43,956 nt of DNA from Planctomycetaceae bacterium (GCA_013360495.1 JABWBM010000029.1:1-43956), one strand, 5' to 3'; positions 25,761 through 35,497 are shown, counted from the first letter of the stretch. The notes: generated from the sequence alone by a model not told the origin. A program made the numbers and translations.

Positions 25761-27490
25761 GATCCTGCCTCCTCCGGCTGGGGTTCCCGCGCTTCGCCGA
25801 AGAGCTCTCCCGCATCGCGCAGCTTGACGGTGATGGTGGCGGTTTTTCCGCTGCCGTCGCTCACGTCGGTGAGGACGGAGGGCGTCACGCTCTCCACCAG
25901 CTCGTGGGCCTTGAGCGTGTCACGGATCGAACCATAGAGTTTCATGATGTCGGGCGAAGCGTTTGACAAAAACAGTTTGATCGTTACCACCGGCTCCGGG
26001 TTTGCCGATGCGGCTGCACCGGGAACCAGCCCATAGAACGTGAGCATCGCGTCCTTCGGCCAGCTCGCCGCGAGATCGTTATACAGGCGCACGGCGTCAA
26101 GACCGGGGCGGCGCGCTTCGCACAGTTCGTAGAGGCGTTGTTCGGCGATCAACAACTCGCGGTTCACCTCGGCCATGGCCATGACGCGATCCTGCACCGA
26201 AGCGCCGGGCGGGAGCGGGCGCGGCGCGAGGGCGAGGTGATGGGCGGTGTAGCCGGCGGCGAGGTCGCTTGCCTGACGTTTGACCTCGGAGGCCGCCGTG
26301 CTCGCATGGCTCGAGAACACCAGCGCGGCTGCAAGAGCGGCGACAAGCACGAGCATGCCCGCGTAAAGCCAAACTGTGCGTTGGAAAAAAATCCTGCGCA
26401 GAATCAGCGACGGCGGCTCGAACACCAGCGTTCCGGCTGCGCCATCGGCAGCGATGCGCGCGAGCCCAAGCGGGATGGCGAGGGCATAGGCGTAGCGTTT
26501 GAGCGTCGCGGCTGCCGTCTCGTCGAGCTTCGACGTATCGAGGCCGGAAAGCGGATTGAGCGTATCGACGGTTTTCCGGAAACGGCTCATCAGGAATTCG
26601 CGCATGCCGCGGATGGATGCTCCCGGCCCGCAGATGGCGATGCGTCCGGCGTCCAGCCCTGGCGCCTGTAATTGCGCGCGTCCCATGGTGATCACGCTGT
26701 TGAGCTGGGCGTAGAGGCGCGCGGCCGCGTCCTGCGCCGCGAGCACGACGCGATCGCCGGATACATTCTCGTTGGCCACGCCAGGCTTGATGTTCACGCG
26801 CGAGAAGAGCCCTTCGCGCGCCTGATGGTGGTCGGTGCCGACATCGGTGGCGATGCGCTCGACGATCGCCTCCACGCCGGTGTTGAGCGTGCGCGCCAGT
26901 ATGAGATTTCCGCCCGACACGAGGATCACGTCGGTGCTGGTTTCGCCGATGTTGGCGACCATCATCGTGCCTTCGTAGGTCAGGTCACCCGACATCAGGT
27001 AGCACTGGTAGAGCGCCACGGGGTTCGGCACGAAGCCCACACAGGAGAGACCGGCGTGTTTGAGCGTTTCGGCATAGTGCTCGACAAGCGCCTCGCGCGC
27101 GACGCCAATCAGCGCCATGGGCGTGCCGTCCGGAGCCTCGATGCGTTGATGGGACGCGAGCATCTTCACGTCGCCGCTCGTCATGGTGTCAACTTCGAGG
27201 CGGACGATGGCGCGCACGGACGCCGGGTCGGACGAGCCGATGGCTGCCATGCGGAACATCACGTCGCGTCCGGGGATCGAAACGATCGCGCCTTTGCGGC
27301 GCAAAGACGACGGCGTGCCGGCGAGCGCCTTGGCGAGGTCGGTGGACGCACCGTGGGTGGCGGGGCTGTCGGGCGTATGGTCATAGCCGGGGAGGATGGC
27401 GGCGCGCCCGGCGTAGTATTCCATACCGGAACGTTCGATCTCGACCATGACGCCGAGGGACTTGGTGATGTCGATGCCGGCGCCGCTCAT
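25757..27490 (-). CDS. PilM-like actin-fold protein fused to TM helix and PilN-like domain
   Basis: GIDIT, SIPGRDV, AGL...PNPVAL, ANIGETSTDV, ICGPGASIRGM, LNPL, AIPLGLA, then TM helix and periplasmic domain. ATG 27490 overlaps the upstream stop (ATGA). Confidence 0.75.
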   Translation of the reverse strand: MSGAGIDITKSLGVMVEIERSGMEYYAGRAAILPGYDHTPDSPATHGASTDLAKALAGTPSSLRRKGAIVSIPGRDVMFRMAAIGSSDPASVRAIVRLEVDTMTSGDVKMLASHQRIEAPDGTPMALIGVAREALVEHYAETLKHAGLSCVGFVPNPVALYQCYLMSGDLTYEGTMMVANIGETSTDVILVSGGNLILARTLNTGVEAIVERIATDVGTDHHQAREGLFSRVNIKPGVANENVSGDRVVLAAQDAAARLYAQLNSVITMGRAQLQAPGLDAGRIAICGPGASIRGMREFLMSRFRKTVDTLNPLSGLDTSKLDETAAATLKRYAYALAIPLGLARIAADGAAGTLVFEPPSLILRRIFFQRTVWLYAGMLVLVAALAAALVFSSHASTAASEVKRQASDLAAGYTAHHLALAPRPLPPGASVQDRVMAMAEVNRELLIAEQRLYELCEARRPGLDAVRLYNDLAASWPKDAMLTFYGLVPGAAASANPEPVVTIKLFLSNASPDIMKLYGSIRDTLKAHELVESVTPSVLTDVSDGSGKTATITVKLRDAGELFGEAREPQPEEAGS

Positions 27491-30420
27491 GGTTTGTTGA
27501 ACTCCTTCGTCAATTCGCCGGCTGCCTTCGTGATCGCGTCCTCCTCGGCCTGCCATTGGTCGAAGGTCACGGGGAAGGACGCCGCATCGCGCAGGCTCTC
27601 GCGTGTCTGTCTCGGCAACTGGGAACTGATCGCGAACCCGGTCAGTTCCTCGCCACGCCGCTTCAGCTCGCCGGCGATCTGCATGAGGTTCGCGCTGCGC
27701 TTGTCGAGGTAATCGGCGAGTAAATTGCGCGCCACATCGAGCAGGCGCGCGCGTGCAACCGTGGCGCTATAGCTGTAGGGATAATCGCGCACGATGCTGC
27801 GAAGTTTGAGCTCAGCCTGCGCGAACTCCGCGCTGGCGAGATGATCGAGGGCTGAGGCGAGCTTGCTCTCGGATTCGAGCTGCTGGCGCGTGGCGAGCAG
27901 TTTCAGGCGCGCCTGTTCGCCCTTGGCGCCGATGGCCGCAAGCGTGTCGCGCGTCGCGCGCAGGCTCTCGAGCGATGCGATGATTTTCGCGAACGCGTCG
28001 CGCGCTTTTGCGTGCGAACGCGGGCTGTTGAGCGAGTCGCCGAGATTGTTCGCCGAGATCGTTCTGTCGCTGCTCGCGATCGCCTCATCAAGCGCCACAC
28101 GCCATTCGTTCACATTCGTCACCGAGCGCAAGAAAAGATCCTCGCTGCCCGCGAAGGTGCTGCCGTGGGTCACGAGGTCGTTGAGCTCGATCTGCTTCAC
28201 GCGGCAAGCATTGGCGGCGTTGGCGAACGCTTGCACCGCGATCACCGCGGGCTGCTCGTCGAACGGGTGGCTTGCGAGTAATTCGAGGGCCGCCAGCATC
28301 TGCTGCAAGGGCGCTGCCTGTGTTCCGGTGGCTGTCGCCAGCAGGTTCTTGTAAAGGTTGTCGTCATAGTCCGCGAGGTGGAAGGTGACGCCGATCTCCG
28401 GGCTGTGAGAGAGGAAGCTGAGCGTCCCCCCGCTGAGCATCACATGCGTGTCGGCGCTGAAGGCGTAGCGGTTCTGGGTGTCCGCGCAACGGACCATCTG
28501 CGCCACGTTGCTCGTGACTTCCCTGCCCCAATGCAATGGCCGGCCGTCCTGCAGCACGACGACGCCTGATGGAAGGAAGCGGTCGCTCGCCGCGCCCACG
28601 AGACGCAAGGCCGAGAGCGATGAGCCGAGCGGATCGCTTGCGGAGATGGCGATCTTGCCGTCACAAACGACGGTGATATCGCGCGCTTTCTCGGATTCCG
28701 GGTCGAAGACGTGGAAAGTGATGGACAGTTTGCCGTCGCGCGCCTCCGCGACCGGTGCGTCCACCAGCCATTCGTGGTGTGGGACCGTTATTCCCGCCAT
28801 CGACGGCGTCGTCAGCTCGATCGCCACCGACGACAGCATGGGCGAGGCTTTGCCGCCCCGCTGGTCGAGGAACGCGAGCGTGCCATCGTCGGAGAGTTTC
28901 ACCTGCAGCGGATTTCCAGAAGCAAGGGCGAAAGGCTTCGCCGCTTCGTTCTTCACCACCTTGGCTTGATCGAAGAGCACCACGCCCGCGCGTCCGGTGA
29001 CGCCAACGCCCATGCGACCGAGCCTCGCGCCCGTGGGCGGGACAAAGGTCGACGTGATCTGCGTCCAGTTGCTCAAACCGCTGGTGTAGCCGCGGCAGTC
29101 ACGGCGCATGGGCAAGATGTCCTCCTCGCTGACGAACCATTCCACGAAGAGAAATGCGCTCGCGCCATCGCGGGGAGTCTTGGCCCAGACACTCACGTCG
29201 AAGCCGCCGCTTTGGGGCACGAAAAACGGTTCGCGGCAGACCCAGAAGGTGCGCGAGCGTGATTGGGTGAAGCGCTCGACGCGCATCACCTGACGTCCGC
29301 CCTTGCCCGAGTCAGCGACGCCGACGACGCTGTCCTCTCGGGCTGTCACGAGCGATTGCCAGTGGTTGATGCGCCCTTCGCTGCCGGGCTTGCCATCGGT
29401 TTCAAAGCTCGGGTTTTTGGCAAGCAGGCCGCCGGGCAGGACGGGCAGGGTATTGTCGCTTCCGCCGACGCCACCAGGGCCGGCGGTCGTTTCTTTGCCC
29501 GCGAGCACGACGAAGGCGCCGATGGCGCCGAGCACGACGAGCGCGCCCGCGATTTCCATGATACGCACCAGCAGTTTCCCGCGTCCGGTGCCGGCAGTAT
29601 CCACCTCGATCTTGGCGATGCGTTCTTCTTCGTTCTCGGCTGGCGCTTTATCGTCATCCGTCTTTTCTGGGGCGGAGCCGGATTCCAGCTCGACATCTTT
29701 GACGTCATCAACCTGTTCGCCCACATCCGCGTCGTCATCTTCGAGCTTGATGCCGCTGTCAGAACCCGGAAGCGAGAAGCGAAAAATCTGGCTGCCAATA
29801 TGGATGCGTGCGCCATCTTCGAGCACCATCTGCTCGATGCGCTGGCCGTTGACCTTGGTGCCATTGGTGGATTGAAGGTCGACGAGCACGATATCGCCGT
29901 CTTCGTTGCGCTCGAAGCGCGCGTGGCGGCTGCTGGCCTGCTTGTCGTCTTCCAGGACGATGGTATTGCCGGGCTTGCGGCCGAAGGTGATAGGCAGGTT
30001 GTCGAGCGGGATGAGCACTGAGCGCAGCGTTCCCTTGAGCAATTTAAGGCTCGGCACCGTGGTTGGCGGAGCCTCGCTTTCGGTTTTGTTTTTGACTTTC
30101 GTGTTCAGCGTATCGGCAAAGGCGGGTTCCGAGCCGCCATCGCCTGTGGAAAAACGCAGCTTCAGGCCGCCTAGTGAGATTTCGTCGCCATCTTTGAGGG
30201 CAGAGCGCTTGATGGGTTTGTCGTTCACCTTCACGCCGTTACGGCTCTCGAGGTCTTCTATAATGTAAGCGTCGTTCTCCCTGAAGATGCGGCAATGCTT
30301 GCGCGAGAGGCGCTTGTCGTCGATTGCAAGGCTCGCGTGGTCGGCGCTGCGCCCGATGACGATTTCGTCGTCAAGCGGAACGGGCGGGTGGTCACCTGTG
30401 GGATATTCAAGCTGTGCCAT
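27487..30420 (-). CDS. Membrane protein with two FHA domains, acidic linker, TM helix and large extracytoplasmic region
   Basis: IGR...SRKHC...DLESRNG and FGR...SSRHA...DLQSTNGTKVNG; TM helix; NPSFE (CBM-like start); C-terminal TPR-like IVRDYPYS. Confidence 0.85.
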   Translation of the reverse strand: MAQLEYPTGDHPPVPLDDEIVIGRSADHASLAIDDKRLSRKHCRIFRENDAYIIEDLESRNGVKVNDKPIKRSALKDGDEISLGGLKLRFSTGDGGSEPAFADTLNTKVKNKTESEAPPTTVPSLKLLKGTLRSVLIPLDNLPITFGRKPGNTIVLEDDKQASSRHARFERNEDGDIVLVDLQSTNGTKVNGQRIEQMVLEDGARIHIGSQIFRFSLPGSDSGIKLEDDDADVGEQVDDVKDVELESGSAPEKTDDDKAPAENEEERIAKIEVDTAGTGRGKLLVRIMEIAGALVVLGAIGAFVVLAGKETTAGPGGVGGSDNTLPVLPGGLLAKNPSFETDGKPGSEGRINHWQSLVTAREDSVVGVADSGKGGRQVMRVERFTQSRSRTFWVCREPFFVPQSGGFDVSVWAKTPRDGASAFLFVEWFVSEEDILPMRRDCRGYTSGLSNWTQITSTFVPPTGARLGRMGVGVTGRAGVVLFDQAKVVKNEAAKPFALASGNPLQVKLSDDGTLAFLDQRGGKASPMLSSVAIELTTPSMAGITVPHHEWLVDAPVAEARDGKLSITFHVFDPESEKARDITVVCDGKIAISASDPLGSSLSALRLVGAASDRFLPSGVVVLQDGRPLHWGREVTSNVAQMVRCADTQNRYAFSADTHVMLSGGTLSFLSHSPEIGVTFHLADYDDNLYKNLLATATGTQAAPLQQMLAALELLASHPFDEQPAVIAVQAFANAANACRVKQIELNDLVTHGSTFAGSEDLFLRSVTNVNEWRVALDEAIASSDRTISANNLGDSLNSPRSHAKARDAFAKIIASLESLRATRDTLAAIGAKGEQARLKLLATRQQLESESKLASALDHLASAEFAQAELKLRSIVRDYPYSYSATVARARLLDVARNLLADYLDKRSANLMQIAGELKRRGEELTGFAISSQLPRQTRESLRDAASFPVTFDQWQAEEDAITKAAGELTKEFNKP

Positions 30421-30463
30421 AGGTGAATGGAGTCGAACATCGGGGCACTACGAACCGTCTCAA

Positions 30464-30522
30464 CGTCATTCCCGCGGCTTGCCCCGCCGTAGCTTGAGCG
30501 AAGGCGAGAGGCGGGAACCCAT
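30464..30522. repeat. REP family A
   Basis: cgtcattcccgcg ... gcgggaacccat. Confidence 0.65.
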
Positions 30523-30658
30523 CTTATCTTTGCAACCTCCAAAATGAGCGTGATAGGGTTCGTTCCTAATAGCTCGTTGCCGTTTTCCAACCCTTTGGGG
30601 TCTTTTATGGTACGCGCCGCCGCTAGCTTGGGCAACGGTTTTGCGTGTGGATGCGGAT

Positions 30659-31111
30659 ATGGCGGCCGGAAACTACAAGATCAATTTCGAAGAATGTACA
30701 TGCTGAGGTGAACCCCCACATGCGGACTCCGTGAGAGTCCAGATTATCGAAGACGGCGTGATTGACCTTGGCAGACGTTATCTTCAGCAGCTCGATATCA
30801 TTGTTGGCCGAATTTTCGCAGGTAGCGAGACGCTTAGATATCCAGATATTCGATTCGTTAACGGAGAAACGAGAGAGCCAATCATATATTGGAACCATCT
30901 TGTCGGGCCTGATGGAGATTTTGAAATCCGACTTTTTGATCTCGAGGATGTTGTGCAATCGACGCAATTATTCGGATTGTTTGTCAAGCCGGGTGTCAAT
31001 TCAGGACTTGACGCCGAAAGCGCGGAAATAGCCATTGAAAAATACTTCGACATTACAGACAGCGCTGTCAATCGTCATGAGATCGAGTTGGACATTGGCC
31101 CAATCAAGTAA
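30659..31111 (+). CDS. Hypothetical protein; candidate selenoprotein with N-terminal CxCU motif
   Basis: ATG 30659: MAAGNYKINFEECTC-TGA(30704)-GEPPHADSVRVQIIEDGV..., in frame with ORF-track 30731-31111. Hairpin GGACTC-CGTGA-GAGTCC at 30724-30740. Confidence 0.5.
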
Positions 31112-31167
31112 TTGGTGATTGCTGTATCCGCTGTTACCGGCTTCTGCGGCGCGGGATGGGGTTGTCC

Positions 31168-32400
31168 CTACAGTTCAACAAAAGGCAGCGCGGTCACGCT
31201 TTCGCTCAATGGGAGCGTGATGTCTCCCGAGTGAATGACATACCCGTGCGCTGCTACCCCGCCGAAGTCTTTTTGGAATGCATGGATCCCTTTCGCCATC
31301 GCCGGTATGGGTGTCGCTGAAAGTTTGACTTCAACCGGAACGAGTTGGTTCTCTGTCTCGATGACAACGTCTACCTCCATGCCCGTCGACGTTCGCCAGA
31401 AATACATTCGTGGAACAATGCCGCGGTGAACCAGCGCCTTGCGAATTTCCATTACAACGGCCGTTTCCATGATCGCCCCACCCAGCGGTCCGGCTGCCGC
31501 ATGTTCGGCCGACTGCAAGCCTGTAAGGTAGCACAGCGTTCCCACATCGGTGAAGTAGACCTTCGGAGCCTTGACCAGGCGCTTGCCGAGGTTGGCGTGA
31601 TAGGGGCGGAGGATAATCACCTGAAACGACGCTTCGAGCACCGAGAGCCATGCCTTCACGGTGTTGAGGGCGATGCCGAGGTCGCGCGCCAGGTCAGCCA
31701 GGTTCAGGAGTTGGGTACTCCGCGCCGCAAGCGCCCGGAGGAAGTTTTGGAATTGCGTAAGATCGCCTACCTGCCGCAGCGATCGCACATCGCGCTCCAA
31801 GTAGGTTTGCACATAGCTCGCATGCCAGAGGCGGCCATCGCGCTTGGGATGCGCTACAAGTTCGGGGAAATTGCCACGCAGCAAACTTTCCCATAGACGA
31901 CGGTATGAAAGGGGACGTTCCGGGGGTGTTTGTGCTGTGCGCTTCCTCTCCCACGGGAGGGAGCGGTTTGGCGCCGATGCGGTCTCGCGCTGTGAGAGCG
32001 GCAAAAGTTCCAGCACTGCTGCTCGCCCGGCGAGCGACTCGCTGACTCCCTCCACCAGAGCGAGATTTTGCGAACCGGTGAGTAAATATTGTCCGGGTGT
32101 TGCGCGGGAGGCGTCGATGCGCTCCTTGATGTATGCAAGCAGTTCCGGCGCATATTGGATTTCATCAAAAATGACCGGGGCTGGGTTGAAATCGAGGAAC
32201 GCGCGAGGATTTTCAACTGCGGCGATCCGAACGTCCGGCGGTTCGATTGAAACGTAGCGATGACTCTTCCCAAAGACGTGCTTGAGAAGCGTGGTCTTCC
32301 CGCTTTGACGCGGCCCCGTCAGGACGAGCGCTGGGAATTCCCTTGCCACGCGCCGTGTCACGGGCGCGATGGTTCGTTCGACATAGCTCTGCGTCGCCAT
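31168..32400 (-). CDS. AAA_14 ATPase with DUF4143 domain
   Basis: GPRQSGKTTL, DEIQYAP, TGSQ, SESLAGR, YLERDVR, KRLVKAPKVYF.D.G, YFWRT...EVD...PVEVK. Confidence 0.92.
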   Translation of the reverse strand: MATQSYVERTIAPVTRRVAREFPALVLTGPRQSGKTTLLKHVFGKSHRYVSIEPPDVRIAAVENPRAFLDFNPAPVIFDEIQYAPELLAYIKERIDASRATPGQYLLTGSQNLALVEGVSESLAGRAAVLELLPLSQRETASAPNRSLPWERKRTAQTPPERPLSYRRLWESLLRGNFPELVAHPKRDGRLWHASYVQTYLERDVRSLRQVGDLTQFQNFLRALAARSTQLLNLADLARDLGIALNTVKAWLSVLEASFQVIILRPYHANLGKRLVKAPKVYFTDVGTLCYLTGLQSAEHAAAGPLGGAIMETAVVMEIRKALVHRGIVPRMYFWRTSTGMEVDVVIETENQLVPVEVKLSATPIPAMAKGIHAFQKDFGGVAAHGYVIHSGDITLPLSESVTALPFVEL

Positions 32401-32406
32401 AGAACG

Positions 32407-32439
32407 TTGCAATTATGCATTTAAAATGCATTTTTGCAA
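32407..32439. promoter_or_regulatory. AT-rich inverted repeat directly upstream of the DUF4143 ATPase
   Basis: TTGCAATTATGCATTT-A-AAATGCATTTTTGCAA; 14/16 arm match. Confidence 0.5.
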
Positions 32440-32475
32440 GACTTTGAAGATGGAAAAAGGAGCGAGTACAGGGCT

Positions 32476-33267
32476 TTAACGACTTCTGCGACGCGGGACT
32501 GGCTTGAGGCGCTTCTCGCTGCCGCCGAGAGAGGCAAGGCGTTTTGCTGCCATGCGCTGAACGCCATTGATCTTTTGCGCGGGTTTCTTCGCCGATGCGC
32601 GCGGCTTTGCTGAAGTTTTGGATTTTCCGGGGACGCTGGGGCTACCCGCTGACGCCGGCGGCTCAATGATACCCGCTGTTGCGAAGGTCTTGAGCATGAA
32701 GTCGAGCTGATACTCGGCGTCGGCCTGGGCGTCGTGGGCCTTCTTGTTCTTCTTCACGCCGAAGAACTCGCGCATGTCGGTCATGCTCGAATCGATATGC
32801 TCCTTGGCGCGCATACCGCCCCACCACGACTTGAAATCCATGCCCGAATAGTGACAGGGCCAGTCCACGCGGAACTGATCATAAAGCAATTGCACCCGCG
32901 CCCAGTCGAAGGTGATGCCGTGGCCCACGAGGATCACCTTATCCACGCCGGGCCTGGCTTTCAGTCCGACGATCCAGTTATGGAAACGCTCGACCCACTT
33001 GGCCGGCGGCTCGCCGAACTCGCAGATCGTCTCCCACGCGATGCCCGCGACCTTCAACGCGTCGGGGTCGGGCGCGCCGTTGAACTGAGGCGCGATCAGG
33101 TTGCGGGGCAGATCGGGGCGTGGCTGCCACACGGGAAACGCCTCGCGATACTCGAGGTTCTTGCCCCAGACTGCGACGGCGCCGAACTGGGTCATGTCGT
33201 GATGCCCGAGCCGATGGCCCGAAGCCTCGACGTCCATCATTACGTAGCAGTCTTTACGCGCGCGCAT
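32476..33267 (-). CDS. DEDDh 3'-5' exonuclease with basic C-terminal tail
   Basis: MDVEASG (Exo I), GHGITFDW (Exo II), HDAQADA (Exo III). Confidence 0.85.
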   Translation of the reverse strand: MRARKDCYVMMDVEASGHRLGHHDMTQFGAVAVWGKNLEYREAFPVWQPRPDLPRNLIAPQFNGAPDPDALKVAGIAWETICEFGEPPAKWVERFHNWIVGLKARPGVDKVILVGHGITFDWARVQLLYDQFRVDWPCHYSGMDFKSWWGGMRAKEHIDSSMTDMREFFGVKKNKKAHDAQADAEYQLDFMLKTFATAGIIEPPASAGSPSVPGKSKTSAKPRASAKKPAQKINGVQRMAAKRLASLGGSEKRLKPVPRRRSR

Positions 33268-33383
33268 AATTCAATCCAGAGTTGTTAACGGTAGAAAAAG
33301 GACGACGGCTTTTTTACCACGGAGAAGACGGGGCAACAGGGGGAAAGGCGAGGAATTTGCACAAGGCCAATCCGCGTCTCTAC

Positions 33384-33510
33384 GTCACGTGCAAAGTCCT
33401 CGTTTCTTGCGTAGCGTCACGCCGCCGCCTGCCCCCGCGAAGGCGGGGGGCGTGACGGACCTACCATTGATAGTGCAAGACTACAAGAAAAAGCGACTTT
33501 GCACGTAACG
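33384..33510. repeat. Family B REP unit nested in a larger inverted repeat
   Basis: gtagcgtcacgcc...gcgtgac (33411-33456), flanked by cgtcacgtgcaaagtc / gactttgcacgtaacg. Confidence 0.55.
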
Positions 33511-33596
33511 TGCCCGCGCCTCCCGTAGCCTTGACCGCGTTCACGGGATGACTAGGCTACCCGGCGCAAGCTTTCCCCCTTTAAGAAAGACCAACC

Positions 33597-34025
33597 ATGA
33601 AACCCATATATATCGCGCTCTTGGCGTGCATCCTCGCCGCCTGTGGAACCAACGGGGTGAATACCAACACCGCGTCGAACGCCCCCGCCCAGCAGCCGCC
33701 CGCAAACCCCCTCGCCACGTCGAGCGCCGACGCCGCCAAGTACCATGGCCAGATCGTTACGCTGCGCGGCGCGTTCGACCGGGGGGCCGAGCCCGGCGTT
33801 CGTGGCCGCTACGCTTCCATTGCCGGCGTATTCTTGGGCGATGGCGTTCCTGTGGAAAACCACGATGAATGGGTGGAGAAGGCCAACGGCAAGACGGTCG
33901 AGGCCGTCGGACGCATCATCAAGTCGACGCCAAGCGAATACGACCCGGACAGGCCCGAATTCACGCGCCAATGGATCGTGGCGCCTCACCTGATCGACAT
34001 CACCGCCATCAAAATCGTGGAATGA
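33597..34025 (+). CDS. Hypothetical lipoprotein (OB-fold-like)
   Basis: MKPIYIALLACILAAC lipobox; YHGQIVTLRG and GKTVEAVGRI patterns. Confidence 0.7.
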   Translation: MKPIYIALLACILAACGTNGVNTNTASNAPAQQPPANPLATSSADAAKYHGQIVTLRGAFDRGAEPGVRGRYASIAGVFLGDGVPVENHDEWVEKANGKTVEAVGRIIKSTPSEYDPDRPEFTRQWIVAPHLIDITAIKIVE

Positions 34026-34198
34026 GTCCAACCCAACCGTTTCGAGCCGGAGAAGGCGTTGATCCTCCGCCGCATTCTGGTGGGAATTCAGGCCTTTTTC
34101 CATTCAGCCCCCACCCCGTCCCGCCGATCAGACGATGGATACGGGCGCGCGCCCGTAGACAACCTTTGGCGGAACTTTGAGGGACAGGAGAATATTCG

Positions 34199-34957
34199 AT
34201 GAACCGGATTGGATTGTTAGCACTTGCCTCGGTCGCGGCCACGCTCGGAATCGGTTGCGTGAGCACGACCGCCCATGACCACCTTGTCGAACGTGTCAAC
34301 AACGAACAAGATCTTAACACCGCGATGAGAGAAGAATTGCTGCGCGTACAGAATCAGCTCGCCGATGCCGATAGGCAAATTCTCGAATATCAGGAAGCTC
34401 TCAAGGCTGCTCAAGCCAAGCCTGCCGACACCTCGCTCGACGTCAGCGCACTCGACGCCCTGATGGCAGAGATCCGCAAGGAATTGGGTGGCACGACGGG
34501 TGGCTGGGACCTCGCCTCCAACGGCGCCGTCGGCACGCGCCTCGACGACAACAACGAATTGCTCTTCAAGTCGGGAAGCTGGACGCTCAACGACACCGCA
34601 AAGAAGAGCCTCGACAAGATCGCCGGCGACATCAAGAAGTTCCTCGAAGGCCGCCCCGATTTCGTCGTGCGCATCGACGGCCACACCGACTCCGACCCGA
34701 TCAAGAGCCTCAAGAAAGAGGGCATTGAGAGCAACCTCGAGCTTTCCTTCAACCGCGCCAACGCCGTGCTCAAGCACCTTGTTGCTGCCGGCGTTCCGGA
34801 AGCGCGCTGCTCGGTGATGACCTTTGGCGAACACCGCCCGGTGGCCAAGGAAAAGAAGAACAACCGCCGCGTGGAGATCTGGGTCTCGACGCCTGAAGGC
34901 TTTAGCTATAGCAAGAGCATGGCTGAAGGTGGCTCAAGCACCGTCAGCAGCAAGTAG
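34199..34957 (+). CDS. OmpA/MotB-family peptidoglycan-binding lipoprotein
   Basis: ACAGGAG RBS; lipobox GIGC; coiled coil; LLFKSGS, IDGHTDSDPI, NLELSFNRA..V, FGEHRP, NRRVEI. Confidence 0.9.
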   Translation: MNRIGLLALASVAATLGIGCVSTTAHDHLVERVNNEQDLNTAMREELLRVQNQLADADRQILEYQEALKAAQAKPADTSLDVSALDALMAEIRKELGGTTGGWDLASNGAVGTRLDDNNELLFKSGSWTLNDTAKKSLDKIAGDIKKFLEGRPDFVVRIDGHTDSDPIKSLKKEGIESNLELSFNRANAVLKHLVAAGVPEARCSVMTFGEHRPVAKEKKNNRRVEIWVSTPEGFSYSKSMAEGGSSTVSSK

Positions 34958-34982
34958 TATTTCCCCTCTCCGCCAGAGTGAA

Positions 34983-35016
34983 GAAGGCCGCCTATCCGGG
35001 CGGCCTTCGGCGTTTT
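34983..35016. terminator. Hairpin between convergent genes
   Basis: gaaggccgcc-tatccg-ggcggccttc followed by ggcgtttt. Confidence 0.7.
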
Positions 35017-35020
35017 AGGA

Positions 35021-35497
35021 CTACTTCGCGTAGCTTGAAAGCAGTAATTCAAGATTGATGGCCAGCAGCTTCTGCCAGCCTTTGAGCATGGCAGCCAACT
35101 TCACGGGGTCATCCTTCACCGTCGAGGCCAACACTTCAGAGATCCAGCTTCCGATCACGCCGACCGTGGCGATGAACGCTGACGCAGGAGGCCGCGGGTT
35201 GACGCGGTCGGGCATGCCCGCCACGAAGGTGCAATATTCATCGCTGAAGTTCCCTGCCGACGACTTCATCACGAAGTCCGAGAGCTGCACGCCGAAGCTC
35301 GCCGATGCGTCAGGATCGTCGCCGAAGAGATGCTCTTCGCCTGCACCCTTGAGCAGATTGTTCTGCACCGCAGCCATCAATGAGCCGATATTACCGACGA
35401 GAATCATCATGCTCGCCTGCACGGCCGCAACGTCCGCGTCGGTATAACCAAGCACGGCCTTCATAGCTGCTGCGCGTTGTGATGGTGTCTGTGCCAT
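35021..35497 (-). CDS. Protoglobin/globin-sensor-like protein
   Basis: KAVLGYTDADVAAV...SAGNFSDEY...AMLKGWQKLLAINLELLLSSY matches the termini of protoglobin-type domains. Start placed at ATG 35497. Confidence 0.65.
   Translation of the reverse strand: MAQTPSQRAAAMKAVLGYTDADVAAVQASMMILVGNIGSLMAAVQNNLLKGAGEEHLFGDDPDASASFGVQLSDFVMKSSAGNFSDEYCTFVAGMPDRVNPRPPASAFIATVGVIGSWISEVLASTVKDDPVKLAAMLKGWQKLLAINLELLLSSYAK

Noticed and set aside
30623-30967. Minus-strand 114-aa ORF
   Set aside because: TTG start directly after a stop, no RBS, and in-register antisense to the plus-strand ORF. Disfavoured but not fully excluded.
34199-34957. Flagellar motB
   Set aside because: It has a lipobox rather than the MotB TM helix with the conserved Asp, and there is no motA neighbour; called OmpA/MotB-family only.
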